From: Batkoa obscura
Taxonomy: Eukaryota
NCBI GenBank assembly: GCA_030770535.1
Contig: JASVEC010000025.1
Coordinates: forward strand, 186,001 to 250,000
Length of the DNA stretch: 64,000 nt
Reading direction: 5' to 3'
The translations under genes and the position numbers were made by a program. Below the pieces are notes generated by a model. It saw only the letters and a list, made by a program, of their open reading frames with translations. It was not told where the DNA came from and did no database searches. Shown one piece after another: positions 54,433 through 64,000 of this stretch. The stretch's first letter is position 1. Every line of letters starts with the position of its first letter.

Positions 54433-56014
54433 TTAATGACCTGGGCCTCTACCTTCAATTGGCCATACATGTTCTACTTTACCACCTTTTACGACAACTA
54501 CATAATCATGCTAAAAAAGAGATAATAAATAAATTTCATAACAAATAAAAAGGATTCAACTTACCATATTAAAAGTAGGATCGCAATGACCCGGAATCAA
54601 TTTAACAATTTGACCAAATTTATAAGCTTTTGGATTTTGAAATTTAGTTGTGTTTTCATCTGGTACAATTTGACCATGTTCGTCACCTTGCGATATATAT
54701 CTTAATGCTTGTTCTCCTTTTTCAACTACTACTTTGGGGAGTCCAGAATCTAATGATAATGATTTAAGACCTGCATCTATAATGAGGCGTGGTGATACAG
54801 TAGTATCTGCTCTTTGTGATTGGATCTTAGAATAAATAAATAAACTATGTTCAAAAGAGTTCACTTTTTCTCCGTAAGTAACATCATAATTATCGGCATA
54901 ATCTAATCAATAATAATAAATATAATATATGAAATCAAATTGAAATATTAAATATTTACCAACATCCATAAACAAATAAGATCCCTAGAAAAAATAGTTC
55001 ATTAATAAAATAAAAATAAATGATAAAAATAAATTCTATTACCACTTGAACTTCATGATAAATTCCAGTTTGAATTTCAAATTGAAAAGAACCTGTACCA
55101 CCACCAGTAATAGTATCAACATTAATATTGTTTTCCTTTAATAATTCAATACACTTTTCTAATTTTCCTTTCACTAAAGGACCTAAAACCGTATTTCTTC
55201 TTTCATCATAAGAACGTACATGTTGGTTACTTCCATTATAAGCGTGTATTCCTTTGAAATGTAAATAAGGGGTTTCATTAGCCAATTTAACAATTTCTAA
55301 TACTTCTTCTGGTTCATCAACACCACCACGATCTTGACCGACATTAACTTCTACATAATAATTTAATTCTAATTCCGTATTCTCATAATGTTCTTTTAGT
55401 AATTTTATATGTTCTACGTCATCTACGCAAACAGCTAATAATGGATTCTCTTTCTTTTCCTTCATAACTTGACTCAACTTAACCAATCTTTGCACTTTTT
55501 TATCAGATACAATGGAATTCGTGATTAATAAATCCCAACTCTCATCTTTCTTTGAGCCATAAATTAAGCTCTCAGCTTCGGTTATTTTAGCACAACAGAT
55601 ACCACTGGCACCACCCAATTTTTTTTGAATAGAAGCAATACTGGGACATTTATGGGTCTTGAAATGAGGACGTATACGGATTGAGTGATTGATTTTTTGA
55701 CTTTCTTCCTCAACTAATGATACCATTTTTTTTAAATTGTTTTCAAATGCTTGAAGTTCAACTACTAATGCTGGTGTTTCAATATCCTCAATGAGATCAC
55801 CTACCTATTGTTTTCTATCATTAGTTTTTGTAAAAGTGTTTGATTGAAATGAACTTGCCTTAGCTGGTGGACCTTGTTTAAATGGTTGAGTTAAAGTCAT
55901 GATGTTGCTATTGTTGGTATTAATATTGGTATGAAATAGTTTACTAGAAAAAATTAGGTTTATATACTGAAATTTGGGTGCTTTTAAATGAGTTAAAAAT
56001 TTGAATTGGAACAT
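54433..56014 (-). CDS. PLP fold-type III D-threonine aldolase / DSD1-family enzyme with putative mitochondrial presequence
   Basis: IETPAL, RPHFKTHK, GGGTG, DAGLKS, DEHG, PGHCDPT. Includes a GC-AG intron at 55805-55858. Confidence 0.85.
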
Positions 56015-56786
56015 TTGGTATTAATTTTAAAAAATTTCAACTGATGATGTATTGAAAATAGATTTGATTCATTGTTATTTGTTAAAATTCGAATTTAATA
56101 TTAAACTCAAGACTTTGAATTTACTTTTTCAAATTCTTCCTACTATTTTTAACTCAAATATAAAAAAATTAAATCGAAACTCTAAATATAGTCCAAATTA
56201 AATCAATGACTAGTATCATTTGATATGAATTTAAATTTCTCAATGTTCATGCTTTTTTGCCCTATGATAGCAAGGTTCTGTCCTTGAGCATATTTGTATA
56301 CTTACTCTAATATCTACTGCATTGTTATCTATGACTCATATATAAACTCTTATCTATAAAAAATAGTATTATATAATTGTATTTAGTATGTCTACTTTGA
56401 CTATCAATAGCTTCAATTTTAATAAAAATGCACTTATAATCTTTTAAACTACTATGAAATTTCATTTTTAAACTCATCCTAGAAACTAACTTTAATAGTC
56501 TAGTATTTATATTAAATATTATTAGTTCACTTATAATCCAAATTCTTATAACTTATTATGAATCTATTTCAATTAAACTCAATTTCATTTGAAATAATAA
56601 TAGATAAATCCTAATAACCACTTCTTAATTTGAAGCTTAAAAATTGGCACATATTATAAAAGATTTACTAATTATCATAGTAAAAACGGTATTGTCATGA
56701 AAGAACACAACACAGCTAATCAATTTCATAAAAAAGTGCAAAGATTTTTTTAAATGATTCATTGCACTGACAAACTGTCATAGTAA

Positions 56787-56950
56787 TATTAAGTTATATC
56801 ATTCATACTAGTAATTGTTCATTAAATTTGATAGATTAATAAATTAAATGTTACCTTATAATTACAATTCATTGATTCTATAGTAACATTTAATTTATTA
56901 ATCTATTAAATTTAATGAATGATTATTAGTATGAATGGTACAGCTTAATA
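56787..56950. repeat. Long inverted repeat (68-bp arms, 28-nt loop)
   Basis: 56787-56854 versus the reverse complement of 56883-56950: 61/68 identical. Confidence 0.9.
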
Positions 56951-56979
56951 GATTAATGGTGATAAAATCTAATAATCTC

Positions 56980-57092
56980 TTAACCCTTTGAGTACCTATG
57001 TCACGAAAAAATTATGTTTAATTGGACTATGATTCCTAATCGATTTTATGCCAGCTGGATCAATTTTTTTGAAGCAATGCCCAAAGGGTTAG
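56980..57092. mobile_element. Possible piggyBac-like mini element
   Basis: TTAA-CCCTTTGAGTA...TGCCCAAAGGG-TTAG; single copy. Confidence 0.4.
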
Positions 57093-57555
57093 TTTAATTA
57101 GAACTGTGCAATACTCGTCATAATTTAATTTAATTTAATTTAATCTACAAAAATTTGAAGAGTCTAGTTCACCTACGTTATTCAAGTGGTTAATGAGTCG
57201 ATATTGGTAGGAGAAGGCTGGAAAATATAGTTTAGCAAGTTGTCACACCTTTTGTAAAAAATTAGTAGAAAAATGAAGTATTTTGAATTGATTTGAAATG
57301 ACTGATTGGTTGGAGGGAAATTAAGCAGAATGGAGTTTTATTTTTTAAAATGAATAAAGGGGATTTTAACTTCATTATTGATAATTTATAAAAGACCTCC
57401 TTTTAATAATATTTGATAGTAATTTTTAATTTAAGCTACACACCTTTGAACGAAAGAAGAAAGTCTAGACAAACTACGTCATTGGATTATGGGATTTGGG
57501 TACTTTTATTTATAACTACCTTAAGTGGTAGCATTTTAAACAAGTCAATAAACGT

Positions 57556-57662
57556 ATATTAGGGGTGTTTTTTTTGGTTTCATCACTTTTTCCATTTTTA
57601 AAGCGCTATTTAAGTGGAAAAATTGCTAGTAAATTTTTAAACAAAAAAATACATCCCCATAT
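57556..57662 (+). mobile_element. MITE family copy
   Basis: AGGGGTGTTTT...AAGCGCTATTTAAGTGG...ACATCCCCATAT. Confidence 0.8.
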
Positions 57663-58623
57663 ATTAAGCTTAAGTAAAAGAACCATCTTTTAAAAGTTAA
57701 CTAGAAATAAATATAATAAGTTTAGATAATACAGCTATAATCATTTTATCGATTTTATCGATTTTATCAAAGACAGCATCTATTTTGATAAAACAAAATT
57801 AAATATCATATTTTTTAATAATATTAAATTTACTACTTATCAATAAAGAATAAACAATAATACATAAAGCTTAGTTTATAAACGGTTTTATTATCCTATT
57901 TTAATAGTAACAGTAAGGAATATGTATAGCATTTAGATTCTAGTTTAGATTATTTCTCACTACATTAACCTAACTACCCTTTACTACTAATTGATTGAAC
58001 CATCATTTTTTCTATTACTAGTCCAATTTAAACATGAATTGGGCATCTCAACTTTGTATTTTCTAGGTACAAAAACAGAAAAAATCATCATAATGAAATC
58101 TAGCAAATGCAAAATATAAAATACTCAATTTACGTTTAAACTGGAGAGCAGTAGTACTAAAGCAGAGTTTAATTTTATTTGTATGTGTCCAATTTATAAA
58201 ATAGTGGCATTTTCTAAGGTTAAAATTTTCTAATAATTGTTGTCAACACCCTCTAAGTTCCCAAATTGAAAGTTTAAACTGGGCACTGTTAGTGTCATCT
58301 TTAATATTAAAGATAATTTTTTATTTCTTATAAATTCATGTAATCTTTAAAACTATTCTTTACCTAATAAATGCTATTATATTAAACCTCTTTTATTCTT
58401 AACTAATAATAATGTTATAGTCAACTATAAATTTATTTAAATGTTATTAAACATGGATTAATTAAATGTATTAGATAGGAGAGAGGGAAAGAATTAAACT
58501 GAATTCACATATCGGTAATAGTAAGAATAATAATAACAGAGTATTATTATATGAACAATGTAGATTTAAATCTCAAACCAAATAAAAATAGGTGAGTTTG
58601 AATTATTTAAAAGAAATTTACAT

Positions 58624-59289
58624 TTAAAATGAGTCCATTTTGACTTTCTCTGGGGTAAGAGTAACACGAATAGTATCTAATCGAGTACCACAAGAACCGA
58701 CATAGCCTTCTTTTAAAATATCATCGAAATCGGAGGTACTAATCATTGTTTTAAGTTTTTGACGGTTGACTTTATCATCATAAAAGCATTCTACTTTTTG
58801 ACTTCCATCCTTTCCAGTATTAACTTGTAAACCTACGTCCCATGAACTACGAGTAGATTTTAATAACTCAACCCATGACATGGGTTCTTCTTCAATGATA
58901 ATGTCTTTCTTATTTCTTGAACCAATGGTTAATTCATCAGTAGCTGAAATAGATACCCTCCTACCTCGAGTATTTACTTTACTTTGAGTAGCATGATTTG
59001 TAAATAAAACACGAGAAGAGCTATGGTTATTTTGGTGTAAACCTAAACCTACATTTTTGACTCCTTTACCCCAATTTGCTACTTTTTTCCATACCGAAGA
59101 TTTTGGATGATCATAGGAGCGGGAATTAATATTGTCGGTATCCTTCGTAATCAAGTTAATGATGGAGGTTGAATAGCTTACATGAGATGGAGCAGGAGAG
59201 TTTGGTACAGAAACAGTATTACGGTGTTCATTTGGAATGAAACCAAGACGCGAGTGATCCGTTGAAATCCTTGATGGAGTTTTACGCAT
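58624..59289 (-). CDS. Hypothetical protein
   Basis: 221-aa intronless ORF with higher GC than its flanks. Ser-rich N-terminus, C-terminal FDDILKEG..RVTLTP. Confidence 0.7.
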   Translation of the reverse strand: MRKTPSRISTDHSRLGFIPNEHRNTVSVPNSPAPSHVSYSTSIINLITKDTDNINSRSYDHPKSSVWKKVANWGKGVKNVGLGLHQNNHSSSRVLFTNHATQSKVNTRGRRVSISATDELTIGSRNKKDIIIEEEPMSWVELLKSTRSSWDVGLQVNTGKDGSQKVECFYDDKVNRQKLKTMISTSDFDDILKEGYVGSCGTRLDTIRVTLTPEKVKMDSF

Positions 59290-60894
59290 GAAAAATAATT
59301 ATTTAAAAGAAAAGAAAATACAAAAAGAAATAATTCAAAAAATGAAAGTCATTTTCTTATATCAAGTGTAAAAAAGAGGGTTATTTAAAGTTGGAATCAA
59401 TGAATTACTTGATATAGTTATTCCTACATTGGACATGTGGGTGCCATTATATTTCTGGTTAGCTAAAAATAGCAATACAAATAATTAAAAATAAAAACTG
59501 CTATTTAACCAATTGAATTTCAGCGAAATTATGTTCATGGAATTTTATTTCTATTATAACTTATTTATTATTATTGAAGTTACTATTTATTATTAATGTA
59601 TTGTCAATTCATTATTAAAATAAATAAGTGTTAAATTTAATGACACTTATTCTTTAGTATATTTAAGGTAGTATTTTTAATTTGCTACAATCAACAAAAG
59701 AATAAACTAAGCTTATAATTTAACATTTATAAAGAGAACATAATAACTCATAACATCTTACTAATATTGTAAAACATAGAATACAAATATAAAATCATAG
59801 TAATTTTATAAAGTTGTGATTGTTATTTGTCATCTTAAAGTCGAATTTTTCTGAAACAAAACAAAACAAAACAAAAGGTAGTAACAATTAGACAGGTTAA
59901 AAATTTGACCTTAGATTTATTATACGCATCACTTTGTATTAATCATATAAACTAAAAATTCAATTCAATAGATCTATATAAAATATAATACATACTATTC
60001 TTATAACTTAAACCCAAGAAGTAATAGTCAATTTAATAATAGTTCGATGTTTGATATATAAATGTAGTAAAGTAATATTATATAATATACAAATAGTTTT
60101 TGATCTAAAATAGTAAAATAGATCTAATTAACTTATTACTTAAAAATGACAATACTACGTATGTAGTTGAGGATATCTTTATAATGCAAATATTTATTAT
60201 CAATACTTTATATCGGATAAAAGGATGCTTTGATAAATAAATAGAGTATAAAGAAACAAATCTATCCATTTAAATAAAGGAGTTTTCAATATATTTTCAA
60301 GATCATTTTTATGAAATAGTTGATAAAAATAAATTAGTAAATTAATGAACTATATTTAGATGTTCATTATTTTAAAAATTATTATACTTGTTAAATTTAT
60401 ATAAAATTCGAGATTTATTTATGAATCTAGTATATCATATGGGCATGTCATTGTGGTATAAGTGAATTAATACTCTTTCAATTTAATATGATTAAATCGA
60501 AAGAAAACAATACAGCATTTGTGTTTTAAAATAAAACAACTTCAAAACTACACAGTACCTGTATTATATTACAATAAATTGAGTTTTTTTTACTAAGAAT
60601 TTGGAATGTTCTAGTTAGATGTTTACATACTTTAAATGTTTTTTGTTTTTAAAATAATTCATTTAAATATTATTTTCATTTATCTACAATTATTTACATA
60701 GTTGTTGAATTCACAACGCTACTTTAAACCACAATATCAAAAAATCATAATAACATATATTATTGATAAAGTATTATTACTGATTTTCAATATTATTAAA
60801 TACTATATAAATAAATTATTTGAATTTCAACTAGTTTAAAAAAATTCATTAAAATATAAATTAAATTAATACAACTCGCCTCAAAAAAAACTAT

Positions 60895-60966
60895 CAATTT
60901 TTTAAGCGCTATTTGAGCGGAAAGATTGTTAGTAAAATTCTTAAACAAAAAAATACATCCCCATAT
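60895..60966 (+). mobile_element. 5'-truncated MITE family copy
   Basis: TTTAAGCGCTATTTGAGCGG...ACATCCCCATAT. Confidence 0.75.
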
Positions 60967-61821
60967 GATAACTCAAAAAACTTCATTTAATTTGGTCTAT
61001 TATAGTATGTGAAAATTTATTAACTTTATTAAAGATTATTTTTAAAACAAATCCAACTTTTTGATAAAGATCCAGTCATTAATTTACTTTGAAGTTACAG
61101 GTAGGGCTGCCACCTTTGATTCAATCTCGTTCATGTAATCCAAAAAATTTTCCATAAAGTTAAATCCTCTTTTGTTTCATTACCTTCTTAACATTCACAT
61201 CTAGTTTTATTTTTTCTGTTCTCACAAGAACACATGAGACCTAGTTCCTTGTAAGATTTTCGGTTTTTTTATGGCAAATCCTTTTAAATAGGCATTATTT
61301 AAGGTGGTAAATGTAAGATTTTTATTTTAGTGATAGGCTTCTAAATATTGAGCTTTGTTAATGATTATTTGCTTCCATCTATTATAGTGATTGCTATACT
61401 TTTTATAAAACTAAAGCTGCTAATCCTTATTATGATCAGGTATGTAATGATTTTTATGTGCTATAAACTTAAAATTAGCTTTAATAGATTATTCCTTTGA
61501 ATTGAATTTTACAATCTTAAACTATTTTTCTTCAGGAGACAGTTTAGCTTTAGTATTTTTTTGCATTTTAAAATTAAATGCTATTTTCGATTTCAATCAA
61601 AAATATCATTCTTCCAAGTAAAATTAAACTCATCAAATTTGACAAAATATTTTGCTTGGTAGCAATTCAACCAATAATTCCTTCGTTTGATGATTAAGTA
61701 AAAAATAACTGGGCAAAAGAGTGTTATTACGTAACCGTTTTTTCTCATTTTATCAGACCAAGTTTAGATAAAAAAATAATCATTTTAAACTAGAACTCAT
61801 TTCCAGTTATAAAGCCAAACA

Positions 61822-62364
61822 ATGTTATTAATAAGAAGACAATTAGCAACGTTGATTAAGAAGAATATCCGAGGTTATTATCAAAAGATAGAGGATAAGA
61901 ACTATAAAGGATTATTTTATTATAAGCCAAATAAAGAGGATCCATTTTATGAATTAAGTTTTAAAGATTCAAAACAAGATAAGCTAACGGAAGCCGAAGT
62001 AATAGCTCATTATGTAAAAGAAATCGAACAATTTGATCATTTATCGTTAAACCCAACTAATTTTATAACGAACAAATCATTTTTGTCTCGCTTACATAAA
62101 GTTATTCAGAAGAATGTATTACTGGATGAGAGTTTAAAAAACTATGCTAGTTTTCAAAAAGAAGGCTGGATTCATATTAACGATGAAAGAAATCCAGCTC
62201 CTTTTGGTAGAATTGCTGACACTGAAGATATCATTGGCAGTGTTTTGATTAAAGATTGTACGATTTTGCCAGATACTTATCAACCTATGCCAAGTTACCG
62301 CTTATTTACTAAATCTCATGGGTTAATTCAATTGGCAGATTGCTATAAAAAGGAATTAATTTAG
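61822..62364 (+). CDS. Hypothetical protein, possibly mitochondrial
   Basis: 180-aa ORF with an Arg-rich N-terminus and a GWIHINDERNPAPFGRIADTEDIIGSV segment. Confidence 0.7.
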   Translation: MLLIRRQLATLIKKNIRGYYQKIEDKNYKGLFYYKPNKEDPFYELSFKDSKQDKLTEAEVIAHYVKEIEQFDHLSLNPTNFITNKSFLSRLHKVIQKNVLLDESLKNYASFQKEGWIHINDERNPAPFGRIADTEDIIGSVLIKDCTILPDTYQPMPSYRLFTKSHGLIQLADCYKKELI

Positions 62365-63912
62365 TTTATATAGAGGATATAAATAGTATACAGTATCAAT
62401 TTTATTTTTTTTATTTTTATTTTTATTTTCAGTTTGCCTATTTTAGAAGTCAATCCCATAAGCTCTATATTTTCAATTATATTCCGGGATTGCTTAAAAT
62501 TGTTAGCGGTGATTTGATGATTTCTTTATCATTCAATTTTTTTTCCTATTTAAATGAGTTAAATTACTTACTCAACTTGAATAGTTAAATTATAAAAAAA
62601 ATAGAGCAAACGTTTAAATTAGTTTGAGGTTGCTTGTCACTATATATTTTATATAGGAATGGCCTGTTACCATATATGATTTTTACATTTCTCAAAATAA
62701 ATTATAACAAATTTTACATATTGAAGTTAATTCTTTATTATTTATAAAGTTTTAATATAACATTTGATTTCTTTTTGTTTTTTGTAAGGTTTCGGTGCAT
62801 TTTTAACTAACTATGGCCTCATTATTTGCTTTCTAATAACTAATATTGTATTTGAAATTCAGCAATTTTTATAGTTTTATAAAACAACTCGTTAATCAAT
62901 ACTACTGTCTTTCAACGCTTTTAATATGTAGCTCACTTAAATTAAAATATAGCAATTAAGTTTCTTATTTTATACAAGCTAATAAAATATTTGAGTAATA
63001 TATTATATCATATTCTTGTCCATTTCCGTGAGAGAGTAGTATCTATTGAAAATATCCCGCTCTATGAAAAAACGACTTATCTTTAAACTTTCTTTTTAAT
63101 AAAAATCGAGAGACTTATATTATAAGTGTAACTATCAAAACCTTAATATATTTTTGTTTTAATGTTGGCTCTTATGGTTTTCCATCTCTTATTTTGTCCA
63201 TTTGTTTGTTTACTTTTAGAAATGATGCACCATCAGCTTGTAATTTTATATTTTAAAAAATAAAATTTTCAACTTGAAATGAGTGGCTTCGTCTTATAAT
63301 AAATCTTACCATCACGCTAAGTAATTAATAAAATAAGACAGTAAGGGAGACATAGTATTTTAATTTGGATGTTTATTGAACTTTGTTATACTAAATTGAA
63401 GGCATATACGAATGTTTATTATTTTGAACATATTAAATTTGACTTTAAAAAAATTGCTCAACTTTAAAAATAAGCACATTTAAATTGGCTCTTCACTTAA
63501 AAATCGATTTAATTCCGAATTTAATTTTTTTCACTATTTGTAATTGCTCTATCTATAAATTTAATTGTCCTTGTTAAATACTGTAAACTTTGTTCGATCA
63601 TATATATATCGTGAGTGTGTTTAAGTAATAAAATAGTAATATAAATCTTTATTAATGACTATATAATTTATAAATATCGATTTCTTCTTTTAAAACTTAA
63701 TATCGTTAATACACAGTTTGATTTAGATGATTTAAGAATAGAATAAAGTCTATTTAGTTGAGCCTATGCTCAACCAAGCGGATTTTGTTTTAAAACAATC
63801 AGCTCTATAAATCATTAGTACCATGGTGATGTTCGTGAAACAATCAATATTTAAACAAAAATTCCCATTAAACAATATTGTTTTCTTTCCTTTTACTTTA
63901 CTTTGTTTTTAA

Positions 63913-64000
63913 ATGATCAACGAGAATCCTTTTGGTAATGTGTCAGCAGCTATTGGTATAGTGTCCACAATCACCAATATCATACTTATTTATATAGCAA
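63913..64000 (+). CDS. 7TM GPCR paralogue C, 5' part (runs off the window)
   Basis: MINENPFGNVSAAIGIVSTITNIILIYIA, versus paralogue B MINENPFGYVANIIGLISAIVNILLIYLS. Confidence 0.75.
   Translation, partial: MINENPFGNVSAAIGIVSTITNIILIYIA

Noticed and set aside
60970..61330. Coding-like minus-strand fragment (NFMENFLDYMNEIESKVAALPVTSK)
   Set aside because: Interrupted by stops, with no recognisable family.
62400..63330. Possible decayed minus-strand multi-exon gene
   Set aside because: Could not assemble a consistent reading frame or identify motifs.

Overview
Very AT-rich eukaryotic nuclear DNA with short GT-AG introns. It is most consistent with an early-diverging fungus, possibly Entomophthoromycotina/Conidiobolus-like (inferred from an AMT1-type methyltransferase, an AA11-like LPMO and ERY-motif 7TM receptor paralogues). 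The centrepiece is an intronless PRP8 gene (21323-32926, minus strand) carrying four in-frame inteins of 395, 418, 241 and 458 aa, each C...HN/(C or S). Excising them leaves a normal ~2355-aa Prp8. Two inteins flank a 38-aa extein corresponding to the alpha-finger/1585-loop. Two insertion sites have a non-standard +1 residue (conserved Ala replaced by Ser, Thr by Cys). The window also holds an intact AMT1/MTA1-type 6mA DNA methyltransferase and a decayed DNMT1/DIM-2-type 5mC methyltransferase pseudogene. That pseudogene's likely first exon is interrupted by one of about 13 copies of a ~105-bp MITE family. Other genes: alpha/beta hydrolase, glutathione synthetase, SPX-RING ligase, membrane spermidine-synthase-like protein, acyl-CoA oxidase, RPC25, HSF-type factor, three 7TM paralogues, Rad4/XPC, flavocytochrome b2, a D-threonine-aldolase-like PLP enzyme with a GC-AG intron, and two hypothetical proteins. 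A 68-bp-arm hairpin and a piggyBac-like mini-element lie at 56.8-57.1 kb.
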